64,000 nt of DNA from Candidatus Bathyarchaeota archaeon. GTDB lineage: Archaea; Thermoproteota; Bathyarchaeia; Bathyarchaeales; Bathycorpusculaceae. A model generated the notes under the pieces. It was not told where the DNA came from and did no database searches. It worked only from the letters and a program-made list of their open reading frames with translations. A program made the translations under genes and the position numbers. Shown here piece after piece: positions 29,454-39,439 of the stretch (position 1 is the first letter of the stretch; each line of letters begins with the position of its first letter). The stretch is taken from assembly GCA_963833575.1 (NCBI GenBank), contig CAWHXY010000007.1, forward strand, positions 224,001 through 288,000, read 5' to 3'.

Positions 29454-29716
29454 AATCTCAACCCTCGTTACATATACAATTGCCGAAACATCGCTATTAA
29501 ATCTGTGTTACAGTCTAATCACAACAACAAGTTAGCCTGACAAGCGCGTCCATGTCAAACATGTGCCAACTGGACGAAGCTGACGCCTTGTATGACGGGC
29601 TTTTTCACAGAACCCAGAGAGAGCAAATGGCACGCATTTATTTTTTGTCTCTTTCTTGATTTCATTACTGAAGGCTAAACTTGGTCTCTTTAATGCTAAA
29701 GATCATTTACGCAATT

Positions 29717-30262
29717 CTAGCCGTTTGTTGTGCTTAATTGAATCAGGGAATACACATCATATTTGTTACCAATTGCTTTTCTTCCTTCCAAATAGCCAAG
29801 CTCAATTAGAAAGCCTAAGCCAACGACTCTGCCACCTAATTTCTCGACTAGTTCGATGTTTGCTTTTACGGTTCCACCGGTTGCAAGCAAATCATCAACA
29901 ATCAAAACATTCTCACCCTTTTTTATGGCGTCTTCATGCATCTCGATGGTATCACATTCATATTCTTTTTTGTATGTAAGGTTCACGCACTTAAAGGGCA
30001 ACTTGCCTTTTTTCCTCACTGGAACAAAACCGATTCCTAACTCGTAAGCCAAAGCTGCACCGATAATGAATCCTCGGGCTTCGTTTGAAACAATAGCATC
30101 AATTGTTTTGCCTCTATAATGATCAGCTAACTGTTTGATTGATTCATGGAAGAAAATCTTGTCTTTCAAAAGCGGAGTAATATCCCAAAATACCACGCCT
30201 TTAAACTCGGGAATTCTTCGAACCTTGGATTTGAGATCAACCTGTTTGTCCGTTTTTTTCAT
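29717..30262 (-). CDS. apt: Adenine phosphoribosyltransferase
   Basis: F.DITPLL, EARGF, VRKKGKLP, IVDDLLATGGT. Confidence 0.95.
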   Translation of the reverse strand: MKKTDKQVDLKSKVRRIPEFKGVVFWDITPLLKDKIFFHESIKQLADHYRGKTIDAIVSNEARGFIIGAALAYELGIGFVPVRKKGKLPFKCVNLTYKKEYECDTIEMHEDAIKKGENVLIVDDLLATGGTVKANIELVEKLGGRVVGLGFLIELGYLEGRKAIGNKYDVYSLIQLSTTNG

Positions 30263-30276
30263 ATTTTTTTTCTCCT

Positions 30277-31062
30277 TTACACAAATGCGCCTTTTAGAGC
30301 TTGATTACATTCGCAACTGCATTCACAGGGCAGATTAGCGATGGTTTGAGCGATTATACGTTTAACGTTTTCAATATTTGCCTTCATGGTTGCCAAAATA
30401 TCATCTACAGATACCACGTGATCTTTCCAAACGTCGTAGTCTGTTACAGTTGAAATTGAAGCGTAACAGATTTCTGCTTCTCTTGCTAAGACGCATTCGG
30501 GAACAAGTGTCATACCAACCACATCAGCGCCCCATTGACGATACATTTTGGATTCCGCTTTGCTGGAAAAGCGTGGTCCTTCGATACAAACATATGTTCC
30601 TGTCTCATGCGTTTTAATACCCATGTCTTTTGCCACAGATATGATAGTTTTTCTAAGCTCAGGGCACATTGGTTCTGCCACCGAGATGTGGCATACCTTA
30701 TTTTCTGTGTAAAATGATTGTTCTCTCCGTGTAGTTCGGTCGATGAATTGATCAACAAAAACGATTTCGCCTGGATGGAACTCCTCCTTAAGCGATCCCA
30801 CAGTTGAAGGCGCAAGAATACGTTTCACTCCAAGTCGCTTTAACGCAAAAATATTTGCCCTAACATTAATGTCAGTTGGCCTAATAGTGTGCTTTTTTCC
30901 GTGTCTCGGCAAGAAAGCAACGCATTTGCCGCCAAGCTCACCGACGGTTATGGTGTCGGAGGGCTTACCATACGGGGTTTCCATCGCGACTTCTTGAACG
31001 TTCTTTAACAGTTTAGGGTCATAAAGACCTGTTCCACCGATTACTCCAAATTCTGCTTGCAT
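30277..31062 (-). CDS. mtnP: S-methyl-5'-thioadenosine phosphorylase
   Basis: GVIGGTG, TPYG.PS, PRHG..H, EGPRFS, VGMT, TDYD. Confidence 0.95.
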   Translation of the reverse strand: MQAEFGVIGGTGLYDPKLLKNVQEVAMETPYGKPSDTITVGELGGKCVAFLPRHGKKHTIRPTDINVRANIFALKRLGVKRILAPSTVGSLKEEFHPGEIVFVDQFIDRTTRREQSFYTENKVCHISVAEPMCPELRKTIISVAKDMGIKTHETGTYVCIEGPRFSSKAESKMYRQWGADVVGMTLVPECVLAREAEICYASISTVTDYDVWKDHVVSVDDILATMKANIENVKRIIAQTIANLPCECSCECNQALKGAFV

Positions 31063-31335
31063 GCCAACTACTTCAAGCGCACACCTTATAAAAATAGCGA
31101 CGAACAATTGGGAACAATTGGTAATACCAGATTTAGGGCTTCATCCCTCGCTTGTCTACTCTCACAACTTACTATACCTCATACGTTGGAAATCAAGGCA
31201 TTTTCAGATATTTGTCTCGGCAATGGTCAGCTGATTGCTTAATTGAGAGACATATGGGCAGAAAGTAGACAACAGTTTGTTTTCTGTAAAGGAAAAACAA
31301 AAAAAATGAAAGAACATGACTCAATCATTGACGCT

Positions 31336-32739
31336 TCAAGAACCAAAACTAATGTTTTGAGGATGCACCACGAAAACATCGTCAGAGGGACTTACCGGAT
31401 AACTAACTCCCATCCCAGTATCAACAATCACAAACACTGCATTGTTATTCGTATTTATCAAGGCCTGATGAATAGGTGCATTCATTATCATCAGTGGACC
31501 AGTCAAATTCTCCGACGCCACACCTGAAAAAGCAAAATAACCTGAACTAGCAACGCTGTAACCTGTCGTTTTGAAATCAGTAGAAGGCGACTTGACCTGC
31601 TGTGAAGCCGTGTAGCTGGTTTGAAGGTTAACCGTAGCGAAGCCTACCGCAATTGCTGAACAAACCAGAATCAAAGTTAAAGCAAATACCAAAAAGAAAT
31701 TCCGATGATTTAACTGAACACTTGGTTTTTGCTCAGAGATATTTCTTAACCTTGTATCCAATCTTGGGTGGGTAGAGAGAATCCCAAGTCTGTGCAGCAC
31801 CGAGGAAGTAACCAAGAGATTGGAAGAAAAACTGACTAACACGCTTTCTCTTGGTAAACTCTCAATTGATTTGCAGATTTTAGATAGAGCATTAGCCAAG
31901 GCTGCAGGTTTTTCGGAAAGCCCGATGGCGCATTCATCAGCATACATTTCCCTTTCCCTTTGACCCATTGAAGAAACTACGTAGGCAAGTGGGTTGAAAA
32001 ACGAAACAACCGTTAGAGCAGAGGTCAAGGTTTTGTAGAAGAAATCGTAGTGTTTGACATGCCCTAATTCGTGGGCTGCCACTGCCGCTATTTCATCATT
32101 GTCAAGTATGTTCAGTAGCCCAATTGAAAAAACAACAGTTGAATTTTCGCCATACCCAATGGTAAAAGCATTTGGTCGTAGGTCCTCGACAACCCCAATT
32201 TTTGGGGTTACAATAGATAATTTACTAGATAATTCCACAACTTTGGCTTGAAGCCATTGATGCTCATCTGGAGAAAGAGAAATTACATGCAGGATCTTTC
32301 TTGCTACACGATCATCTGCCGCAAGCATACACAAGGCAAAGAAGCCACCCGCTACTAACCCGATTAAGCACAATATTCCTGTCACTGAAATGACAGAAAC
32401 TGTCGGGACGGTCGCGACTGAAACAAAAAAACTTGGCGGTGGTATGGGAGGCATTGGGGAATTAATAAAAAACCCACTAATCGCTCCCGAAGTAATTGAT
32501 CCTGTTGCGGTCCTCAAAAGCGAACCGTCTGTTTGAATGGATGCTGAAGGGACAAAAACAAGCATAACTATGAAGGAAACAGCCAATGGGACAAGGTACA
32601 TCAGACTTCTTGTTCTCTGCCCCAGAAAATTGGTGAACCGTAAAAGGATTTTGATGCAGACAAAAGAAATAACCAGAGATAGTACTGAATAGTAGAAATA
32701 AGGCTGAAAAATCTGGTTGAGTATTGTTTCAAAACTCAT
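31336..32739 (-). CDS. Membrane zinc metallopeptidase M56/M48 (BlaR1/HtpX-like)
   Basis: PNAF, HELGH, EMYADE, STHP; N-terminal TMs; coupled to BlaI gene. Confidence 0.88.
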   Translation of the reverse strand: MSFETILNQIFQPYFYYSVLSLVISFVCIKILLRFTNFLGQRTRSLMYLVPLAVSFIVMLVFVPSASIQTDGSLLRTATGSITSGAISGFFINSPMPPIPPPSFFVSVATVPTVSVISVTGILCLIGLVAGGFFALCMLAADDRVARKILHVISLSPDEHQWLQAKVVELSSKLSIVTPKIGVVEDLRPNAFTIGYGENSTVVFSIGLLNILDNDEIAAVAAHELGHVKHYDFFYKTLTSALTVVSFFNPLAYVVSSMGQREREMYADECAIGLSEKPAALANALSKICKSIESLPRESVLVSFSSNLLVTSSVLHRLGILSTHPRLDTRLRNISEQKPSVQLNHRNFFLVFALTLILVCSAIAVGFATVNLQTSYTASQQVKSPSTDFKTTGYSVASSGYFAFSGVASENLTGPLMIMNAPIHQALINTNNNAVFVIVDTGMGVSYPVSPSDDVFVVHPQNISFGS

Positions 32740-33217
32740 TCAGGCACTTTCCCAGAATCACTGGTTTTTTCTTTTTTGCCATGCTCTCGTTTAGCTGAAG
32801 TTTTATGGCTTTGCGTTCTTCCTCGTTTAAGCAAGTTTCATCTACGAGGCAGTTAGCAACTACTTCGCCAAAATTGTCAATAAGACTGGAAAGAACTTCT
32901 CGAACCGCTGATTTCTGGAAACTGTGTTTTTCGAGGGCTGGCCAATAAACGTAGTAGAGTCCGCCTCTTCCCTTCTCTATTTTGCGATCCAGCAGGTGCT
33001 TCTCAAAAAGTCTGTCCATAGTGGACATGACGGTTGTATAAGCTATACTTTTTGTTTTTTTGAGAGCTTCATAGATTTCTCTTACGGTGGTAGGTGTTTT
33101 TTTTGAAGCCCAGATTGCTTCCATGATGTTTGATTCTAGTGGACCTAGGAAGGCTTCCAATGCTTTGCCTTCTATATTGTATTGTGAAACATCTGGTTTC
33201 TTTTTGTCTTCTGCCAT
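32729..33217 (-). CDS. BlaI/MecI/CopY family repressor
   Basis: LGPLE..IM..IW, AYTTVMSTMDRL..K.LL.R. Confidence 0.92.
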   Translation of the reverse strand: MAEDKKKPDVSQYNIEGKALEAFLGPLESNIMEAIWASKKTPTTVREIYEALKKTKSIAYTTVMSTMDRLFEKHLLDRKIEKGRGGLYYVYWPALEKHSFQKSAVREVLSSLIDNFGEVVANCLVDETCLNEEERKAIKLQLNESMAKKKKPVILGKCLNEF

Positions 33218-33286
33218 CGCTTGACAACCGCACTACTATCACCTATAGTAGCTCTTTAACGTTTCGAAACTTCTGGGCACTCAATG

Positions 33287-34522
33287 CTACGATATTTTTT
33301 CAATGGCCACCGAAACGGTTTGCGTTTGTCCACTTCTTACAACCGTGAAACTAGCAGCTTGCCCAGGCAACGTATGTTGCTCCAGATAAGACAGCAAGTC
33401 ATCAGTATTTGTTATTCTAACTCCATTGATTGCAATCACAATATCGCCTCCGATCATAACGTTTGATCCCAGAATCGTGGCTTGTGTTGTACCACCTTTA
33501 AGCCCATTCTGTGCCGATACGCTTTCGACAAGCCAACCATAAGTAACACTGGTCCCCATAGCTTGAGCAATCTGATAATTCATATCTCTTCCCTGCGCAT
33601 TAATTGTTGGATGTTGAGTATACGAGCCCGATGTAGCTAATGAGTTGAGTTCACGCGTTATTGTGTCAGAAGGAATTGCAAAACCTAAACCTTGAGAGTT
33701 GCTAATATCGGCTGTGGTAATACCGACAACTTCGCCCGAGTAATCTAGAAGAGGACCTCCTGAGTTTCCAGGATTGATGGCTGTGCTTGTTTGAATAATA
33801 TCCGGAATTGTTTGGCCAGCATTGCTTGAACTTGATTGTTCAGTTATTGTTCGCCCTAGTGAGCTTATTACTCCAGTTGTTAATGTTCCAGATAAGCCGT
33901 ACGGTGAACCTACGGCAACCACGGGATCACCTACTTGCAGAGTGTCAGAGCTAACAAGTGTCAAAGAAGCTATGCCGCTAGGCATTGGAGTTATGGATAA
34001 GACCGCAAGATCTGCAAGAGGGTCTGAACCTAGCACGTTTGCCGGATATGCGTTGCCGTCAGCAAAAGTAACTGTTTCATTTGTTGCGCCCTGTATCACG
34101 TGGTTATTGGTGACAATTACTTGCTGGCCATTTACGGTTGTAATGAAACCTGACCCTTGTTGTAGAGAGTAACCCGCGATTTGCCCAAAGAAACTGTAAG
34201 CAGGCACAAGGTCTTGGATAATGACCACAGAAGATTTTACGCCTTGATACAATTCAGAAAGCGAAACATTAGAGCCCACCAGAAAAGTTGCGCTCGAGTT
34301 TGAGAAGTTGGTTGGATTTTGAGTGTAACTTTGTAGTTGGTTTTGTAAATTATTGATTTTTCCATCTAAATTTGAGTAAGTCGCCGCGAACCCCACTAAA
34401 CTTCCGGCAATCAAACCCACGAAAACAAGAACGATTAATACAGTTGCTGAAAAACGTTTAGTTTTTTGTGGTGGGGGAAGAGAAGGAAAAATTGGCGGGG
34501 CTGGTGTGGGTGGAGTTTCCAT
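33287..34522 (-). CDS. HtrA/DegP-like serine protease with PDZ
   Basis: GSGF, TNNHV, DLAVL, AINPGNSGGPL, GDIVIAING. Confidence 0.93.
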   Translation of the reverse strand: METPPTPAPPIFPSLPPPQKTKRFSATVLIVLVFVGLIAGSLVGFAATYSNLDGKINNLQNQLQSYTQNPTNFSNSSATFLVGSNVSLSELYQGVKSSVVIIQDLVPAYSFFGQIAGYSLQQGSGFITTVNGQQVIVTNNHVIQGATNETVTFADGNAYPANVLGSDPLADLAVLSITPMPSGIASLTLVSSDTLQVGDPVVAVGSPYGLSGTLTTGVISSLGRTITEQSSSSNAGQTIPDIIQTSTAINPGNSGGPLLDYSGEVVGITTADISNSQGLGFAIPSDTITRELNSLATSGSYTQHPTINAQGRDMNYQIAQAMGTSVTYGWLVESVSAQNGLKGGTTQATILGSNVMIGGDIVIAINGVRITNTDDLLSYLEQHTLPGQAASFTVVRSGQTQTVSVAIEKIS

Positions 34523-34542
34523 AAAAATGGCCTCAATTATTA

Positions 34543-35346
34543 TTAGAAAAGTTCATCAGTCGCATAAATAGCTTTTTTGCAACTGGGACACTTTTCGTCA
34601 TTTGCTTGAATTCTACTTCCGCAATGTGGGCAGGTCTGGCTCTTCTTACTTAAATGGAGACCTGGCATTTCTTTAACTATTTTTCCATCTTTAAGAAGCA
34701 ACATGCGCTCAGTATTTCGTGCGGCTTGACTATCATGTGTGACCATGATTATGGTTGTGCCTTGGGTGAGGTTTAGGTTTGCAAGCAACTTAATGATCCC
34801 TTGCTTATTTTGACTATCCAAGTTTCCCGTAGGTTCATCAGCGAGAATAAAAGCAGGATTGTTCGCCAAAGCGCGAGCTATTGCCACTCTTTGTTGTTCT
34901 CCGGCGCTGAGGCGTTGTGGCCTGTGATTTTCTCGTCCAGAAAGACCAACCATAGCTAAGAGTTCACTTGCTTTTTTCTTTCGTTCACTTTTAGATTTTA
35001 CTCGCCCTTCCATGGGTAACTCGATATTTTCTCTAGCATTTAGGTAGGGTAATAGGTTGAAGGTTTGGAATACGAAACCCATCTTGTCTCGTCTAATTTT
35101 ATAGAGCTGATTTTCAGGTAAGTTAGTAACGTCAACGCCGTCTAGTAGAACTTGACCACTTGTTGGCTTGTCAATGCACCCAATTACATTTAGCAGCGTG
35201 GTTTTGCCTGAGCCTGAAGGACCCATAATTGCCACAAACTCGCCAGCATTAATTGTAAGATTCAGATTTGACAAAGCTGGGACGGCGCTTTTGCCAAGAC
35301 TGTAGGATTTGCTTAGTTTTTCAATCTGTAGGACTGGTTTACTCAT
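34543..35346 (-). CDS. ABC ATP-binding protein with C-terminal zinc ribbon
   Basis: [23 protein letters not shown]; CPHCG...CPSC. Confidence 0.93.
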   Translation of the reverse strand: MSKPVLQIEKLSKSYSLGKSAVPALSNLNLTINAGEFVAIMGPSGSGKTTLLNVIGCIDKPTSGQVLLDGVDVTNLPENQLYKIRRDKMGFVFQTFNLLPYLNARENIELPMEGRVKSKSERKKKASELLAMVGLSGRENHRPQRLSAGEQQRVAIARALANNPAFILADEPTGNLDSQNKQGIIKLLANLNLTQGTTIIMVTHDSQAARNTERMLLLKDGKIVKEMPGLHLSKKSQTCPHCGSRIQANDEKCPSCKKAIYATDELF

Positions 35347-36838
35347 ATTTCATCGCCTCTGCGGGTCTTATTTTTGCTGCTCTCCATGCAGGATATAGAC
35401 TGCCTAATGTTCCAAGTAAAACGGCTGCACCGAACAATATCAGAACAAGTTCAGGATTCAATGTCGCTACTGATAAGCCGCTTACTCTCGTAGTGCCTGA
35501 AATAAACCCAGCCGTTCTGCTTCCTATGCCCACGCTTGGAAGTAACAATGATGAAAGAGTAGGAGCTGCCACACTGCCAATTGCAATACCAACTACACCG
35601 GCAATTATACTTAATAAAATGCCTTCAAGCATAAATTGCCCCATTACCGTAGAGTTACTAAAACCGATAGCTTTGAGCGTGCCAATTTCTTTAGTTCGTT
35701 CCTTAACCGTGTAAAGCATTACAAACAACACTATCAAACTTGTTGCTGCGACAACCACAATAATTTCTTCTACAGCCGTTGAATACGTTTGACTATTAGT
35801 TGTTTGAGCAGTAGCAAGTTCAGTATTATAGGTGGTTTGCAGTGTTTGAAGCTGAGTTAAACGTGTTTGATCTGTGGTGACAGTAAGTTCAGGATGCATT
35901 GTACTTAGAGTTGTAGCAACTTGGGAAACGTCACCGCTGTTTTGGGCAAAGACTGCAAGACTAGTTATATACCCAGTATTGTTGGTGATTGCCTGGGCGT
36001 CGGATAGGTTCATGAATAGTGTTTGGGTCTGCGAAACCGATGATGGACTATAGATGCCTACAACAGTAAAGGGTTGATTCAAAATAGTAATAGTGTCACC
36101 TACTCCCGCATTGAAGTATGCTGAGTTATTTTCGCTAAGTAATACTTCCCCACTAGCGCCTGCCTGTAAATTGGTTCCAGAAGTAATGTTTGTCGGCAAG
36201 ACGGGATAATTATCTATAAGGTCAGAAGTCAATGGAATGCCCTCAATAGTGTAATTAACAGCTAGTCGCGTGATGTCTCGAGAATATCCGTTGAAAGATA
36301 CTGTTGTTGTTACATTTTGTCCTTCAGAGGCTTGGAGTATAGGCTCAACAGCTGCAACTCCAGAGATCGTACTGTTGATGTCAGAATATAGACTTTCATT
36401 CATAGGATTAGATTGGCCACCACTAAATGCGCCGCCGCCAAACTGACCACCTACCGTGCCGCCGCCAAACTGACCTGGTTGGAAGCCACCGGTATTGCCA
36501 GATGCGCCGCCGCCAAACTGACCGGCAATATAACCGCTACCACCTGATGTAGTGGAGCCGCCAAAGTTTCGAAAACCGAAACCTGAAAAACTTGGCGCAA
36601 GGCTGCAGTCTATTTGAGTTGCAGTTTGGTTAATTGTAGCGCTAGTTTGATTAATAACATTGCCTAGGTTTGTCGCTGCGGTGCTGGCTGTCTTCTGATT
36701 AGCCAAAACACCTGCTGGAATTGAAACCATAATTGCCATGGAAAAACCTAACGCTATGATTACGAGTAAAGCTCGAATTTTACGACGTGAAATATTTCTT
36801 ATTGCTCTGTTTATTATTCCCATATTTTCTCTTCTCAC
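35339..36838 (-). CDS. MacB/FtsX-type ABC permease with Gly/Phe-rich insert
   Basis: RNISRRKIRA, ERTKEIGTLKAIG, YPAWRAAKIRPAEAM. Confidence 0.92.
   Translation of the reverse strand: MRRENMGIINRAIRNISRRKIRALLVIIALGFSMAIMVSIPAGVLANQKTASTAATNLGNVINQTSATINQTATQIDCSLAPSFSGFGFRNFGGSTTSGGSGYIAGQFGGGASGNTGGFQPGQFGGGTVGGQFGGGAFSGGQSNPMNESLYSDINSTISGVAAVEPILQASEGQNVTTTVSFNGYSRDITRLAVNYTIEGIPLTSDLIDNYPVLPTNITSGTNLQAGASGEVLLSENNSAYFNAGVGDTITILNQPFTVVGIYSPSSVSQTQTLFMNLSDAQAITNNTGYITSLAVFAQNSGDVSQVATTLSTMHPELTVTTDQTRLTQLQTLQTTYNTELATAQTTNSQTYSTAVEEIIVVVAATSLIVLFVMLYTVKERTKEIGTLKAIGFSNSTVMGQFMLEGILLSIIAGVVGIAIGSVAAPTLSSLLLPSVGIGSRTAGFISGTTRVSGLSVATLNPELVLILFGAAVLLGTLGSLYPAWRAAKIRPAEAMKYE
36431..36523 (-). 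repeat. Three identical 18-bp intragenic repeats encoding GQFGGG
   Basis: + strand GCCGCCGCCAAACTGACC at 36431, 36458, 36506. Confidence 0.9.
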
Positions 36839-37164
36839 TCATTATTTTGAAAAAGGCAACCAAAAAGAGAATCGACGGGGTTTTTTATTTGGGCAGTTAT
36901 AGGGCTTTGGACTTGTTTTCTAATTCGAATCCTCTTCTTGATTGCCTTTCCCTGAATATCTGCGAAGAGTTATTAAACAATTTTTCAAAATCTCACCCAA
37001 ATCTGACCCCAATCCAAAGTTATCAATAATTTGATAATAATATTAAGGAAATAGAAAATAATCGAAATAGCAAATTATTTTGCGATCGTTAAAAAAAGAG
37101 GTATAGAAAATTTGAATTAATATTTCAATTATTAAAAAACTAATAATTTATTTCTACCAAAAAA

Positions 37165-38145
37165 TTATGGTGGTGGAGGAGGAGGCGGGGGAGGTGGCGG
37201 AGGTTCAAACTGAGAAGTTTTGCGTCGCATCCTAAATAGAACTAGCGCAACAAGTACTACTAAAATGATTACAACTACAATTACAATAGCGTATATCGTC
37301 CCTAAAGACAGTGAACCAGTAGATCCTGTAGGTTGCGTTGATGCTGTTTGGGTATAAGTTGGCGTAGGTGTTACTGTAGGAGTAGGAGTTACTTGAACAG
37401 TTAGCGGCAGATACTGAATCAACAAAGAATAATTTGTTATTGAGCTAGACAATTGCGCTGTGTTATCTATAGGTGTTGCAGTAAACCTAGCAACATTGCC
37501 TGGTGAGAGTGAACTTGATAAATAATCTGTGTAATTTAATCCTACAACTGTATCAGAAGCGTTATAAAATGTCGAAACAACCCAAACTTGCCCGGTAGTC
37601 TGAGTGCCAGTGTTCTGAACTGAGCCCGTCACTGCGTAAGTACCTGTGGTATTATCCAATGCGGCAGAGATTGATCCAGCGGGTATTTGCAAACCTGTAT
37701 ACTGAGTTTGATTTGAATCCGCAACGAAGGCAACTGCAACGCTAACGTTGGTAACTAAGGGTTCCCAGCTATTGTCTTGGGTCACGCTATTTTGAGGAGT
37801 GAAGTCCAAGTAGAAAGGAGCTTTCTGGCCAGGAAGGAGAATAGTTGCGTATGCAGGAGCTTCTGCCGAAGCCAAAGCACCCCCTGTAGCATTATAAGCA
37901 ACGCCTGTAACAATTACCTCACTCAGTGCATTAGAACCTACATCTGTTACTTCACCGACGGCAATCAAGTCGCCAATGTAAGTAGCTGTAGTAGTAGTTG
38001 CAGGAGCAACATACCAGCTGTAAGTAAGAACTTTAGCTTCTGATGTATCCGCTTTCACTTGTGGCGTTGACAACAACGTACATGAAGCTAATATTAAAGT
38101 GAAAAGAACTATCGCAATTAATGCCTTTTTCAAATTATTCCCCAC
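37165..38145 (-). CDS. Membrane-anchored surface protein (FxLYD-like Ig domains) with PT linker and poly-Pro tail
   Basis: Signal peptide, G.V.N.G and FYNAS motifs, TPTPT linker, C-terminal TM then 11 Pro. Confidence 0.75.
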   Translation of the reverse strand: MGNNLKKALIAIVLFTLILASCTLLSTPQVKADTSEAKVLTYSWYVAPATTTTATYIGDLIAVGEVTDVGSNALSEVIVTGVAYNATGGALASAEAPAYATILLPGQKAPFYLDFTPQNSVTQDNSWEPLVTNVSVAVAFVADSNQTQYTGLQIPAGSISAALDNTTGTYAVTGSVQNTGTQTTGQVWVVSTFYNASDTVVGLNYTDYLSSSLSPGNVARFTATPIDNTAQLSSSITNYSLLIQYLPLTVQVTPTPTVTPTPTYTQTASTQPTGSTGSLSLGTIYAIVIVVVIILVVLVALVLFRMRRKTSQFEPPPPPPPPPPPP

Positions 38146-38328
38146 CTGCAGTCCTATAGAAGAACTACTTCTTCAGTGAAGAGTTATTAAACTTTTTTCA
38201 AAATTAAGCCCAAATAATCGTGTTAAACTTTGAATCAATATGATAAGGCAAATTCGTTTTTTATAATGAATGCAAACATTAAAGAAGACTTTAAGTGTAG
38301 AGTCTGGCAAAGTTGGAGTTGCAAAACA

Positions 38329-39012
38329 ATGGAAAGGTCAGCTATTATTTTAGCTAATGAGTCCTCAAACAAGTTCGGGGAAGACAAAGGTTTATTGAAA
38401 CTGGTTAACAAACCCTTAATAGACTATGTCCTAAAGGCGGTCAAAGATGTCGTTCAAGAAGTGATCATTGTCACAAACTCAAAGGAACAGGCAAAGCTAT
38501 ATGCCAAATTGGTCTCGCCTAACGTCAGGTTTGTCACGGATGCGGATGAATCCAAAGGGTTCTTAGGCGCAGCTTTAGCTGGTTTTGAGGCGGCTGAAGG
38601 GAAATATTCGTTGATTTTGCCGTTTGATTCTCCGTTTGTTTCCCCTGATGTTTTGACACTGCTTCTTGACTGTGCTGTAGGTAAGTCAGCGGTTGTTGTT
38701 AGGTCGCCTGATTGTGAGGTTGAAACTTTACATGCTGTTTACAATACTAAGGTGGCTCTGGAAGCCACCAAAGAAACGTTAGCATGCGGTGAGTTTGACT
38801 TGGAAGCAATGGCGGAAAGATTGCGTGGAGTACGATATATGTCAACAATGGTTATTGAGCAGCTGGACCCCGATTTCAAAACGTTCTTCAGGATAATTAC
38901 TCCGTTGGACCTAAAGAAAGCGGTTATTATGTTAAAGCCTAGAACATCAAAGTCAAAAAAAGGTGCTGCGAAAGCTGCCCAGATGCCCATTCGAAGATCT
39001 AAAAAACATTAG
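38329..39012 (+). CDS. MobA-like nucleotidyltransferase with degenerate N-terminal motif
   Basis: AIILA...FGEDKG, KPLIDYV, D.PF, ETLHAVY, F.I.TP.DL. Confidence 0.78.
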   Translation: MERSAIILANESSNKFGEDKGLLKLVNKPLIDYVLKAVKDVVQEVIIVTNSKEQAKLYAKLVSPNVRFVTDADESKGFLGAALAGFEAAEGKYSLILPFDSPFVSPDVLTLLLDCAVGKSAVVVRSPDCEVETLHAVYNTKVALEATKETLACGEFDLEAMAERLRGVRYMSTMVIEQLDPDFKTFFRIITPLDLKKAVIMLKPRTSKSKKGAAKAAQMPIRRSKKH

Positions 39013-39439
39013 TTAGAACCTGTTGTAGTATTAATGCAATCACATCATTATTTATGGTTAAACACTCAGTAAGTTGCATAAAGCGCATAGGATCCTAAGA
39101 AATCCAAAAGCGTTTGGCAAATCAACGGTTAACTGAAACGCAAACACATAAATCAGGTTCCCCCTCTCTTCCGAAAAACTTTTAGTTTGCGTCAAGTTAA
39201 ATACGAATTTGCCAATTAAAATTTTTGAAAACATCAGTTTTTTAAATTCCTCCATTGAGATTTGCAGCAGAAACGCAACACGTGACTAACGTGACACAAT
39301 CAAATATCGTAACAGAAAATAAGTTCATTTCTTCTTTCAAATTCTATAATAATAAGAATAATTGGCTGAAGGAAGAAGTGTGTATTTTTCCAATTTCTTC
39401 TTCTACTTGTTTATCAGAATGATGCAACTAATCAGCAAT

